NCBI GenBank assembly: GCA_002687175.1
Contig: NYZP01000001.1
Span: 78,236-142,235 of the forward strand
Source of the DNA: Parcubacteria group bacterium
GTDB taxonomy: Bacteria; Patescibacteriota; Patescibacteriia; Buchananbacterales; UBA6539
Reading direction: 5' to 3'
Length of the DNA: 64,000 nt
Shown: piece by piece, positions 30,737 through 40,459 of the stretch
Position numbering within the stretch: the first letter of the stretch is position 1
Layout of the letters: every line of letters begins with the position of its first letter
Position numbers and translations under genes: made by a program
The notes under the pieces: model-generated
Told to the model about the DNA's origin: nothing
Databases searched by the model: none
Seen by the model: the letters and a program-made list of their open reading frames with translations, nothing else

Positions 30737-32269
30737 ATGAATCTAACGCCTATCATTGGATTAGAGATCCATGTACAACTCAGAACCAAGTCAAAAATGT
30801 TTTGTACTTGTGACAATACTGGAGAAAATAAACCGGCAAACACCACGGTCTGTCCCATTTGTATGGGCCATCCTGGAACGCTACCGGTAATGAATCGTCA
30901 AGCCGTGGAATGGTCAGTAATGTCGGCCTTAGCGATTAACTGTCAAATTCCTAAACTTTCTAAATTTGATCGAAAAAGTTATTTTTATCCTGATCTACCA
31001 AAGGCTTATCAAATCTCGCAATTCGATCAGCCAATTGGTGTCAAAGGTTATTTGATTGTAAACAGTAAAGAGGGAAATCGTCGAGTTGATATTACCAGAC
31101 TTCATCTGGAAGAAGATGCAGCCAAAAATTTACATTCAGCTGATGGAAAAAATACCTTAGTTGATTATAATCGCTCCGGTACTCCCTTGATGGAGATAGT
31201 AACTGAACCGGATTTAAGAAATGCTGCCGAAGCCAAAACGTTTATGCAGGAATTAAGATTGATTATGCGTTACCTGGGAGTATCTAATGCTGACATGGAA
31301 AAAGGGCATCTTCGTTGTGATGCTAATATCTCCTTAACTGATCAAGACCCTAATAATATTGTTATTGATAAACTTAAACCCAAAACCGAAATTAAGAATA
31401 TAAACTCCTTCAAGGCTGTAGAGAAAGCCATCGATTATGAAATTAAAAGACAAACTCAACTTTGGAGAGATGGCAGTCCTCCAGACCAACTTTCTACTCG
31501 TGGCTGGAATGAAACTAAATCAATAACCGAAAATCAAAGAATTAAGGAAGAAGCTTCAGACTATCGGTACTTCCCTGAACCAGATCTACCTCCTTTAAAC
31601 TTTAATCCGGAAGTTAAAAACACTATTGATGTCAAAACTATTAAAGCCAGCTTGATTGAGCTACCTCAGGCTAGACGCCAAAGATTTATTAATGAATATG
31701 AAGTAGCTTCAGACAATGCCAAGGTTATGACCGATGATAAAGCTTTGGCGGACTTTTTTGAACAATCAATGTCTGAACTGCGAGCCTGGTTGGTTGCTCT
31801 TGGGGAAGAAGAAGGCACTGAAGATGAAATTTGGCAAAAAGGCAAAGCCAAGCTTTCTAAGCTAACCGGTAACTGGTTGTTGAATAAACTTTTAGCAATT
31901 TTACATAAAGAGAATAAAACCATAGCAAAAGCAGAAGTGACCCCAGAAAATTTTGCCGAGTTTATTACCATGATACATCAAAATAAAGTTAACTCCACAA
32001 TTGCCCAAAAAATCTTGGAATTAATGATATTGACAGGAAAAGATCCATCAGTAATAATAGAAGAAGAAGACTTAACTGGTGGTACTGACGAAGGAGAACT
32101 TGATTCAATCATTGATAAAATAATTACTGAAAATCCTAAACAAGTTGAACAATATAAAGCCGGAAAAGAAACAGTTATTCAATATTTCATTGGTCAGACC
32201 ATGAGGGCTACTAAGGGTCAGGCCGACCCTCAAACACTTAAAGATACTTTAATAAATAAACTAAAATAA
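30737..32269 (+). CDS. gatB: Asp/Glu-tRNA(Asn/Gln) amidotransferase subunit B
   Basis: IGLEIHVQL ... MGHPGTLPV and the C-terminal YKAGKE. Confidence 0.95.
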   Translation: MNLTPIIGLEIHVQLRTKSKMFCTCDNTGENKPANTTVCPICMGHPGTLPVMNRQAVEWSVMSALAINCQIPKLSKFDRKSYFYPDLPKAYQISQFDQPIGVKGYLIVNSKEGNRRVDITRLHLEEDAAKNLHSADGKNTLVDYNRSGTPLMEIVTEPDLRNAAEAKTFMQELRLIMRYLGVSNADMEKGHLRCDANISLTDQDPNNIVIDKLKPKTEIKNINSFKAVEKAIDYEIKRQTQLWRDGSPPDQLSTRGWNETKSITENQRIKEEASDYRYFPEPDLPPLNFNPEVKNTIDVKTIKASLIELPQARRQRFINEYEVASDNAKVMTDDKALADFFEQSMSELRAWLVALGEEEGTEDEIWQKGKAKLSKLTGNWLLNKLLAILHKENKTIAKAEVTPENFAEFITMIHQNKVNSTIAQKILELMILTGKDPSVIIEEEDLTGGTDEGELDSIIDKIITENPKQVEQYKAGKETVIQYFIGQTMRATKGQADPQTLKDTLINKLK

Positions 32270-32270
32270 T

Positions 32271-32627
32271 ATGGTAAATATTGAGGGAAGAGGGGGCTCA
32301 TCTGTCGAAGCTGACGCCAGCTGGAAGGCTGAGGAGGGAGAAAGAGAATCATTAACTGACAGAGAACAAAGAGCTATAGGTAGACCTGCTGATATTTTTG
32401 CAAGTGGAGAGGATTTATCTAAACTCTTAGAAGATAATGGAAGTATAGAAGCACGACTTTCTGATGGTGCCAGAAAACTTAGAGATAATCCAGATATAGA
32501 ATTTAAAGGTGTAAAATTTAGTGAGTTAGCAAGTGATCAGCAACAGTTTATAGAAAATGCAATAACTGCAGCTAACGAGTATCAGACTGAGATGGAAGAA
32601 AGATTAGGACTCGAGAAAACCATGTAA
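32271..32627 (+). CDS. hypothetical acidic protein
   Basis: 118 aa, slightly GC-elevated, no recognisable domain. Confidence 0.4.
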   Translation: MVNIEGRGGSSVEADASWKAEEGERESLTDREQRAIGRPADIFASGEDLSKLLEDNGSIEARLSDGARKLRDNPDIEFKGVKFSELASDQQQFIENAITAANEYQTEMEERLGLEKTM

Positions 32628-32643
32628 TAAATTTATTAAAAAA

Positions 32644-32668
32644 CGGGGTGTCGGCCCCGTTTTTTTAT
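32644..32668. terminator. bidirectional Rho-independent terminator between convergent genes
   Basis: CGGGGTGTCGGCCCCG followed by TTTTTTTATTT. Confidence 0.6.
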
Positions 32669-34797
32669 TTATCTAAAAATTGCTTAACTTTTGTCTTGGC
32701 CGGACTTGACTGTTTAAGCCAAACTACGTCATCATTTTTTCTAAACCAAGTCATCTGCCTTTTAGCGAAATCATGAATTGAATTTTTAAGTCCTTCGACT
32801 AATTCTTCTTCAGAAATTTTATCTTGCAAGAAATTAGACACCCAACGATATTCTAATCCAAAATCATTAAGCCTCTGCCAACTGACACCTTGTTGTCTTA
32901 ACTTTTTAACTTCGTCAATCATCCCCTCTTGATTTATTCTGGCTACTAAGCGCTGATCAATCTTTTGATGTAAAATATCCTTAGGGAAGGTAACCCCTAG
33001 CTGTAAAAAATTGTATGGTGGTTTTTTATTATCTTCTTGTTCAGATTTAGGAATTCCAGTTTGGTAAAAAATTTCTAAGGCACGCTGAACTCGACGTCGA
33101 TTCTTTTGATCAATTACTTTATAAGTTTCCGGGTCTATTTTTTTTAGAAGACTTAGTAGTTGCTTTAATGATAGCTTATTTAAATCTATTTTTGGAATTT
33201 GGAATTTGGAATTTGGAATTTCTAAATTATAACCCTCCGTTAAGGCTGAGATATACAAACCAGTTCCCCCGCAAATAATTGGCAATTTACCACGTTTTAA
33301 AATTACGTTAACTTTTTCAAAGGCTAATTTTTGCCAATCCGCTACATTAAACTGACTTTTGGGTGAAACCACATCAATCAAGTGGTATGGTATCTTGCCG
33401 TACTCTCCTAGATCCTTACCAGTGCCAATATCCATTCCTTGATAAACTTGACGAGAATCAGCTGAAATAATTTCACCGTCATATTTTTTGGCTAGCTCAA
33501 CAGCTAACTTGGTTTTTCCAGAAGCAGTAGTACCTAAAACCACTACCACCTTCGGTAACTCCCCGCTTAGCCCCCAGGCATAACAACTGGTAATCTTAAT
33601 AAATATTAATTCACCTGTTCGGTCTATGTCTGATGCAAACTTAATATTTTTATAACTATTAGTCTTGCCAAAGCAAAAACCATCTTTGTAATTATCAACT
33701 AAAACTTCAACTGTTAGACCAACTAATTTTTTGTTATGCGTTAGTGCGGTTTTTTTTAAGATAATATTTAAAGCTTTCTCTCGCCTTTTCTTTTCGTCTT
33801 TTGTAACGTTATCTTTTAGCTCAGCTGCTTTGGTATGAGATCTTTGAGAATATTGTGACAGAAATGCCATATCAAATTTTATATCTTTAAATAACTGCAT
33901 CGTACCGGCAAATTGCTTTTTAGTCTCACCGGGAAAACCGACAATGATATCAGTAGAAACGGCAATACCCGGTATTGCTTTTCTAATTTTTGTGATAATT
34001 TTTTTATACTGTCCGACCGTGTAAAATCGTTTCATTATTTTCAGCATCTTATTATCTCCTGATTGTATTGGTAAATGTAAATAAGGAATAATATGTTCTC
34101 CTGTGGCCATTACTTTAATTAACTTGTCGGTCATAAATTTAGGATGACTACTAGAAAAGCTCAACCAAAAATGGCCAGAAATTGCATCCACTTGTTGTAA
34201 TAATTTTGAAAAATCTGTCTGGTTATGTTTATAACTATTAACTGTCTGTCCTATTAAAATAATCTCTTTATAACCTCGAGCAATTAAATGTTTACATTCT
34301 TTAATAATATTTTTTGGAGACCTTGAAACTTCTCTACCTCGAACATAAGGTACTACACAAAAAGAACAAAATTGATTACAACCCATCATAATTGGTACAT
34401 AGGCCTGGAAACTTGACTGGTAGCTGGGATGAATTTCTGAATAGTCTGCTGGCAGACGTAAAACTTTTTTGGCTAATATGCTTGGTAATTTAGGTAGGTC
34501 AGTTATCGGAAAAACCAGATCAAAAAATTTAGACATCTTAACTTTATCAGATTCCAAAATACAGCCAGACAAAGCCGTGATAAGTGGTTTATTTTTTTTA
34601 ATTTTGCTAAATTTTTTCTCTAACCCATAAATCCGATCAATAGCAGTTTGGCGGATTGAGCAAGCTAAAACTACTACCAAATCAGCTTGATTATCATCAG
34701 TAGTTTTTTGGTAGCCTAAATTTTCTAAAACGGTGGTTACCTTTTCATTATCAGCCACGTTAAACTGACAGCCAAAAGTGATTATTTTGTATTTCAT
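32665..34797 (-). CDS. fused tRNA-modifying enzyme: N-terminal MiaB-type methylthiotransferase (MTTase-N + radical SAM + TRAM) joined to a C-terminal MiaA tRNA dimethylallyltransferase
   Basis: A single 710-aa ORF. The MiaB part has FGCQFNVADNEK and CNQFCSFCVVPYVRG. The MiaA part has VVVLGTTASGKTKLAVELAKKYDGEIISADSRQVYQGMDIGTGK. Confidence 0.85.
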   Translation of the reverse strand: MKYKIITFGCQFNVADNEKVTTVLENLGYQKTTDDNQADLVVVLACSIRQTAIDRIYGLEKKFSKIKKNKPLITALSGCILESDKVKMSKFFDLVFPITDLPKLPSILAKKVLRLPADYSEIHPSYQSSFQAYVPIMMGCNQFCSFCVVPYVRGREVSRSPKNIIKECKHLIARGYKEIILIGQTVNSYKHNQTDFSKLLQQVDAISGHFWLSFSSSHPKFMTDKLIKVMATGEHIIPYLHLPIQSGDNKMLKIMKRFYTVGQYKKIITKIRKAIPGIAVSTDIIVGFPGETKKQFAGTMQLFKDIKFDMAFLSQYSQRSHTKAAELKDNVTKDEKKRREKALNIILKKTALTHNKKLVGLTVEVLVDNYKDGFCFGKTNSYKNIKFASDIDRTGELIFIKITSCYAWGLSGELPKVVVVLGTTASGKTKLAVELAKKYDGEIISADSRQVYQGMDIGTGKDLGEYGKIPYHLIDVVSPKSQFNVADWQKLAFEKVNVILKRGKLPIICGGTGLYISALTEGYNLEIPNSKFQIPKIDLNKLSLKQLLSLLKKIDPETYKVIDQKNRRRVQRALEIFYQTGIPKSEQEDNKKPPYNFLQLGVTFPKDILHQKIDQRLVARINQEGMIDEVKKLRQQGVSWQRLNDFGLEYRWVSNFLQDKISEEELVEGLKNSIHDFAKRQMTWFRKNDDVVWLKQSSPAKTKVKQFLDK
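33194..33221. repeat. tandem heptanucleotide repeat (GGAATTT)x4 inside the miaB-miaA CDS
   Basis: Read directly in the sequence. It encodes EIPNSKFQIPKI within the MiaA part. Confidence 0.8.
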
Positions 34798-34960
34798 GAT
34801 AGTCTATAGAATATCATATAATATTGACTATTTCAAGCTAATTTATTGACAAAATACTAATTTTATGTTAGTCTTAAAAGTCTAAAAAAGACAGCAAAAC
34901 AAAGAAATTTCAGTCCATGGTGGACTAAATGCAACTTGAAAATTTACGAGGAGAGAAACG

Positions 34961-36763
34961 ATGAAGAGATTGATTGTGATGGCGATGCTTTTAACGTTGG
35001 TTAGCTCGTCCTGCGCAGCTCAACGAGGGCACTGGAAACCAACGACCAGACAGTACCGGTCTCCGCAAGGGTTTGTTCAGGTCTCTCTTGGAGGCGTTGA
35101 ACAAACTGTAGTGGCCGGTAGTAGAAACATTCGGCTAACCTGGCTAAACTTTTCCAATCACTATGATTGGGGTCAAGACATTACCTCTATTCGGTTAAGA
35201 GTGGAAACCGATGGTGATGTAGTTAATTGGTTGCACGACTTTAGTCTGTATACCGACGACGGCAGACAACTCAGAACAACTAATGATCCTGACGCTGATA
35301 TCGCGGCCGGGGTTGACCGAGAGTACGGCTGGGTCCAATTTGATCTTGACCCTGATGGTATTCCACAGTTTATTGATAGTGATGGTAAGTTGTCACTGTA
35401 CGTTACATTTGGTGTCAGCCCGGGTATCAATGACAACACCTCGATCAAAGCTGTTCTTCATCTCCGGCAGATCACCTTTAAGCCTGTAGACAGACGTCCA
35501 GCCAGGATCACTCCGGCCCGCAGATTAGTAGGCCCGGTGGTTACTGTCCTTGAAAAAGGTCATCTGTCCATTAGCAAAAAAGTGGATACTCCAAATCATT
35601 CTCTGCTGCCGGGATCAACAAATGGCATCACTGCTATGCGGCTCAACCTACTGGCGATTCATGAGAACATTTGGTTGGAGACCTTGCCTGTATACTTTGG
35701 CAAGCTCAATGATGGTGGACCAGATCAGGTGAGGCTCCTTTCTATCTATCGAGATGCAGAATTGATTATCCAGAATGAGCCTACCATGATGGATAATGTG
35801 TCCGATGCGGTATTCGATTATTTACGCCGAACCGGGCGTGATGATATAATTGCCCGCATCGAAGCAGGTTACATACCTACCAATGCCAGTGGTGGTATCG
35901 ACTTGGGATCAAGATCTATCTTCTTACCGCAAGATGAGGTTGTGACTTTAACAATAAAAGTTGACACCTCTGACTCTAACCAACGTCTTGGTTCAATTGG
36001 TGAATCTGGCCAGGGTTTCAATCTTTATATCCCTGGAGAAGAGATTATCGCTAAAGGTGAATTGTCCGGTAGAACAGTTGAGGTAGTCGATGAGGCTTCC
36101 TCCAGCGACTTTCACCTGTTTAGGTCGGTACCATACGTCGCCACCAACGATCTGCTTTCGTCTGGCGGAGTTCCGGGAGGAACAATTGCTGCGGGAATTG
36201 AGCAAATAAAACCGCTCTACGCCTTTGGCATCACCGCTGACTCGTCTGGTGATCTCGGCTTAGGAAGGTTGTCATTTGCCGTTCGGGCAGACAACGTCGG
36301 CTTAGGCAATCTTCAGGTGATTGATCAATTGGGCCAGGTCATTGGCGAGGGATTCGTGGCGGAAAATCCAGACGGAGAATTTATCCTCGATGACGATACG
36401 GTTGTCGTGGTTGATTTCTTCGAGCCTTATACGGTTCCGGCCGGGACAACAAAGGTTCTGACATTAGTCGCCGATATTGAGTGCACTCAAGCTAATGGCT
36501 GTGCTAGCTCAAATAGCGAGGGTAGTGTGTTGTCAGTCCAACTACTCGGTGATCCTGCCTTTCCTGAACTACTCCCTGGGACCTATAACGAAGTCGCCGG
36601 CCAAAGTTGGTTCATCTGGACTGACTTTACCTGGACTCCCGTATTGCAAATTGCCCACGAAGATGTTCTTACTATGCCGCAATGGACTAACGGCTATCGA
36701 GTGATGACTTTTATCGGCAACACTCTGCCGCCAAGGTCCACACCTGTGACTTTCTTACGCTAA
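34961..36763 (+). CDS. large secreted protein (possible lipoprotein), high-GC island gene 1
   Basis: Signal peptide MAMLLTLVSSSCAAQ. 600 aa at ~50% GC, with no recognisable catalytic motifs. Confidence 0.6.
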   Translation: MKRLIVMAMLLTLVSSSCAAQRGHWKPTTRQYRSPQGFVQVSLGGVEQTVVAGSRNIRLTWLNFSNHYDWGQDITSIRLRVETDGDVVNWLHDFSLYTDDGRQLRTTNDPDADIAAGVDREYGWVQFDLDPDGIPQFIDSDGKLSLYVTFGVSPGINDNTSIKAVLHLRQITFKPVDRRPARITPARRLVGPVVTVLEKGHLSISKKVDTPNHSLLPGSTNGITAMRLNLLAIHENIWLETLPVYFGKLNDGGPDQVRLLSIYRDAELIIQNEPTMMDNVSDAVFDYLRRTGRDDIIARIEAGYIPTNASGGIDLGSRSIFLPQDEVVTLTIKVDTSDSNQRLGSIGESGQGFNLYIPGEEIIAKGELSGRTVEVVDEASSSDFHLFRSVPYVATNDLLSSGGVPGGTIAAGIEQIKPLYAFGITADSSGDLGLGRLSFAVRADNVGLGNLQVIDQLGQVIGEGFVAENPDGEFILDDDTVVVVDFFEPYTVPAGTTKVLTLVADIECTQANGCASSNSEGSVLSVQLLGDPAFPELLPGTYNEVAGQSWFIWTDFTWTPVLQIAHEDVLTMPQWTNGYRVMTFIGNTLPPRSTPVTFLR

Positions 36764-36788
36764 CAAGTGTAGAAGTCCAAGGCTAACA

Positions 36789-36834
36789 AAACCCCCTGGT
36801 TTGCATAATGTCAAACTGTGGGGTTCTTTTTTTA
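36789..36834 (+). terminator. Rho-independent terminator
   Basis: AACCCCCTGGTTTG ... CAAACTGTGGGGTT followed by CTTTTTTTAT. Confidence 0.55.
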
Positions 36835-36980
36835 TAAAAGTAAAATTTTATATATCTTGACTAAACAGTAATTTTTTAGCTATTATGTGATTATCTTGGC
36901 TTTGTGGCCAAGACAAGAGCTCCTTGAAATTTTTTTGCTCAGAAATGAGCCTCAAACCCCACTTTAACAGGAGAACGCTA

Positions 36981-38645
36981 ATGAACAGCAGAATGAGTAG
37001 TAATATGATGTGCGCTGGAATTGCAACGATCGCGATCGTAACACTTTTGCTATCCAACGCTCAAGCCGAAGACTATGCAATGGATGAAGGTAACAAAATA
37101 CAGTTGTTAAATGTCAGTCTCTGGCTTGATCAACCTAGCTGGGATCCTACTGGCCAAACCTTGGCTTGGTTACAACAAGAATCATCTGGTGCGTGGGTAT
37201 TTGAATTGTGGATTTCCGATTTAACCAATCCCGGAAATGAGGTAAGATTTGTTCAAGCAACCGAGGAAATTCGGAATTCACCAATTGCTTGGTCACCAAA
37301 TAGCCAGTTCATTCTCTACACCACCAAAGCCTTGCAAACTAATCCGCTGCTAGACAGGCCTTCAATTGGTAGGGCTAGCGCCATAACACCTGATACTTTT
37401 GACAATGGTTTTATACGTCCTGACGATTTTGGTTTTGCCAATGATTGTTATGACGTTAGAGATCCGTCTATTGTTTTAACCTCTTCCGGTTATAAACTAA
37501 TAGTGTCAATTATATCTTGGTGCGATGGACCAGTTTATTCCGAAGGAATCTTCGCCATGGATATTAATGATTCGGCTGTACCGAATCTGGCTTCGGTGGT
37601 GAAAATTCTTAATACGTCCAATCTGTTTGTAAATTCAGTATTATCACCTGATGGTGACACCTTGCTGGTTGAACAGCCTTGGACGCCTACAAGTCGTCGC
37701 CTTTTCGCGATTGAAGGGATCGCTGATGTTCTTAGCGGATCAACTCAGCCAATTACTGGTATAGGGGCTAATCCACTCGTTCATCTTCTGAACCCAGAAG
37801 ATACTTACGCTACTAATCCTCAAGCATCGCAAGACGGATCATTAATTTTCTACACCGTTGATATTACTGGTACTTTCGATGAGTCTGACCCAGGTACTTA
37901 CGCAAGTTCTGACCATGACATTGCAGTTGTCAAACGTGAGGATGCGATTGTTGATATTCCAAATCCTAGGTTTCTGAATAGTGATGGTCATCAAAAAGCC
38001 CTTCATTCTGCAGATGGTGGCACAAGATTCGCTTTTGTAGACGTCAACTTTACAACGGGAGTATCGTTGAACCTAGGGACTCTGAATATATCAACAACGA
38101 TCTTTGTGGATCAATCTGGGGTGTCTGCAGAAGAGATCATTCTTGAAGATGGATCTGGATTGAGGCTTGTTTTGCCAGCCGGCACGACAATTGGCGGCAT
38201 TGCTATTCCGGGCGATGGCTTAATTACCATTACGGTCTACACGCCGATAACCCCGTTTCAGGAATTAGCCTTGGCAGACCTCGCAGGTGTAAAATTGACC
38301 AGGTTGTTCGGTCCCAACGGGATTACCATTACTCCACCACAAGGATCAACGGCTACTCTGACTGTTCGCTACACTGATGCCGAGATTCTTGGCTTGGACG
38401 AGTCAAATCTCAATATCGTCGAGTATGGTAATGGGCCACCTCTTACCTTAACGGTAGTTTCTCGAGACTTGGTTAACAACACTCTAACCGTTGAAATCAC
38501 TGGCTTCTCCAAGTTCGCATTGGCTGATGGTTTTATTAGGCCCCCTGGTGTAGGTATGCCGATTTCCCCTTGGTCAATGGCAATTTTGATCCTGGTGATC
38601 ATCGTATTCAGTGCTGTGTTAATCAAACAAAAATCACCTGCTTAG
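36981..38645 (+). CDS. secreted WD40/TolB-like beta-propeller protein with a C-terminal hydrophobic anchor and basic tail (sortase/exosortase-type sorting-signal-like); high-GC island gene 2
   Basis: Start at the ATG at 36981, with SD AGGAGAA. Signal peptide IATIAIVTLLLSNAQA. Repeated IAWSPNSQFILYT, VLSPDGDTLLVE and ASQDGSLIFYTV blades. C-terminus PISPWSMAILILVIIVFSAVLIKQKSPA. Confidence 0.6.
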   Translation: MNSRMSSNMMCAGIATIAIVTLLLSNAQAEDYAMDEGNKIQLLNVSLWLDQPSWDPTGQTLAWLQQESSGAWVFELWISDLTNPGNEVRFVQATEEIRNSPIAWSPNSQFILYTTKALQTNPLLDRPSIGRASAITPDTFDNGFIRPDDFGFANDCYDVRDPSIVLTSSGYKLIVSIISWCDGPVYSEGIFAMDINDSAVPNLASVVKILNTSNLFVNSVLSPDGDTLLVEQPWTPTSRRLFAIEGIADVLSGSTQPITGIGANPLVHLLNPEDTYATNPQASQDGSLIFYTVDITGTFDESDPGTYASSDHDIAVVKREDAIVDIPNPRFLNSDGHQKALHSADGGTRFAFVDVNFTTGVSLNLGTLNISTTIFVDQSGVSAEEIILEDGSGLRLVLPAGTTIGGIAIPGDGLITITVYTPITPFQELALADLAGVKLTRLFGPNGITITPPQGSTATLTVRYTDAEILGLDESNLNIVEYGNGPPLTLTVVSRDLVNNTLTVEITGFSKFALADGFIRPPGVGMPISPWSMAILILVIIVFSAVLIKQKSPA

Positions 38646-38689
38646 CAGGCGATTAATGCTCCTTAGTTACATCCCCTCTCCTTGATTTA

Positions 38690-40459
38690 TCAGGAGAGGT
38701 TTTTTTTATCCTTGATTTCCTTTAAAATTTTAGAAATAAATTTCTGGCGATCTATTACTTCAACTTCTTTTTGTCCTCGAATACGAACATTTAAATCTTT
38801 ACTCTTTACTTCTTTCTCACCAATTACTAGCATGTAACGAATTTTTTGTTTTTCTGCCTTACGGATTTTATTACCAACTGTTTCATCTAAATCATCAACC
38901 CACACCCTAATTCCATGTTCTTTAAGCTCATCAGCTAATTTGTTGGCGTCTTTAATAAAACCTTCACTAACCGGTACTATTTGTACTTGAACTGGTGCTA
39001 ACCACAAAGGAAAAGCACCACCATAATGTTCTATTAATATAGCCATAAACCGCTCAAACGATCCGGCAATGGCCCTATGGATTAAAACAGGCCTGACTCG
39101 ATCACCACTTTCGTCTGTATATTCAAGTTTAAATCTGTTAGGCATATTAAAGTCAAGCTGAATAGTCGCCAGCTGCCACTTACGACCAATAGCATCTTTA
39201 GCTTCAAAATCAATCTTGGGCCCATAAAAAGCGGCTTCACCTTCTATTTCTTCAAAAGTTTTTACGCGCTTTTTTAAAATACTTCTTAATTTTGCCTCGG
39301 CTTCTTTCCATACCTTTGGCTCACCAATATACTTATCTGGTTGTTTAGGATCTGATAAAGATAGCCTAGGAATAATTTCCATACCAACTACTTGATAAAA
39401 CTGTTCAATAATATCATAAATCAAATTAGCTTCCTCTTCTATCTGATCTGGGCGGCAAAAAACATGAGCATCATCAATAGTGATTGATCGTACTCTGGTT
39501 AAACCGTGCAATTGACCAGCTTTTTCATCACGATACATTGAAGTAATTTCAAAATATCTTAATGGTAATTCACGATAACTACGCTGGCGAGACGCATAAA
39601 TTTGAGTGTGGTGAGGGCAATTCATCGGCTTTAATACAAAAGCTTCTTCACCTTTTGACGAAACGTGAAAAATATCATCACTAAACTTATCCCAATGCCC
39701 TGAAACTTGATATAACTCTTTTTTAGCTAAGTGTGGTATCCATACACGCTGAAAACCTTTAGGCTCTTGCAAATCGATTAGGTACTGGTCTAAGGCATTT
39801 CTAATAATAGTACCGCGTGGCGTAAACATTGGCAGTCCGCCACCAACTAACTCAGAAAACGTAAACAGATCCAACTCTTGTCCCAATTTACGGTGGTCAT
39901 TTTCCTCGGCTTTTTTAAGTTGTTCTAAATGATTTTTAAGCTCCGCTTCATTATTAAAAGCCACTCCATAGATACGTTGAAGCATCTTATTCTTTTCATC
40001 ACCCTTCCAGTAAGCTCCAGCAACTTTTAAAAGTTTGATTGCCCCAATCTCTTTTGTTGACTTGGCATGATTGCCAGCACAAAGATCAATATATTTCTCT
40101 TTACCATCAATGGCAATCATTTTATTAAAACCAACCTTTTTGTCACCACGCTTTTTAAAATCATTAACTAATTCAACTTTATAAGGTTGTTTAATTGATT
40201 TAAGAAATTTTAAGGCCTCATCAATGGTCATTTCTGACTGTTCGAACTTTTGATTCTGTTTAATAATATGTCTCATCTTTTTTTCAATCTTGGCTAAATC
40301 TGTTTGGGCAAAAGTTTTACTGCCAAGATCTATATCATAATAAAAACCGTCCTCAATTGCCGGTCCGATCGCTAACTTGGCATCAGGAAAAAGCTCAAGT
40401 ACTGCTTGGGCTAATACATGAGAAGAAGAGTGTCTAATTTTTTTTAGCTTTTCGTCCAT
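38690..40459 (-). CDS. thrS: threonyl-tRNA synthetase lacking the N-terminal TGS domain
   Basis: Begins at RHSSSHVLAQAV (second additional domain). Class II core and C-terminal anticodon-binding domain are present. 589 aa. Confidence 0.9.
   Translation of the reverse strand: MDEKLKKIRHSSSHVLAQAVLELFPDAKLAIGPAIEDGFYYDIDLGSKTFAQTDLAKIEKKMRHIIKQNQKFEQSEMTIDEALKFLKSIKQPYKVELVNDFKKRGDKKVGFNKMIAIDGKEKYIDLCAGNHAKSTKEIGAIKLLKVAGAYWKGDEKNKMLQRIYGVAFNNEAELKNHLEQLKKAEENDHRKLGQELDLFTFSELVGGGLPMFTPRGTIIRNALDQYLIDLQEPKGFQRVWIPHLAKKELYQVSGHWDKFSDDIFHVSSKGEEAFVLKPMNCPHHTQIYASRQRSYRELPLRYFEITSMYRDEKAGQLHGLTRVRSITIDDAHVFCRPDQIEEEANLIYDIIEQFYQVVGMEIIPRLSLSDPKQPDKYIGEPKVWKEAEAKLRSILKKRVKTFEEIEGEAAFYGPKIDFEAKDAIGRKWQLATIQLDFNMPNRFKLEYTDESGDRVRPVLIHRAIAGSFERFMAILIEHYGGAFPLWLAPVQVQIVPVSEGFIKDANKLADELKEHGIRVWVDDLDETVGNKIRKAEKQKIRYMLVIGEKEVKSKDLNVRIRGQKEVEVIDRQKFISKILKEIKDKKNLS

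Noticed and set aside
33194-33221. Possible CRISPR or minisatellite array.
   Set aside because: It is only four 7-nt units with no spacers and lies inside a conserved CDS. It is a microsatellite, not a CRISPR.
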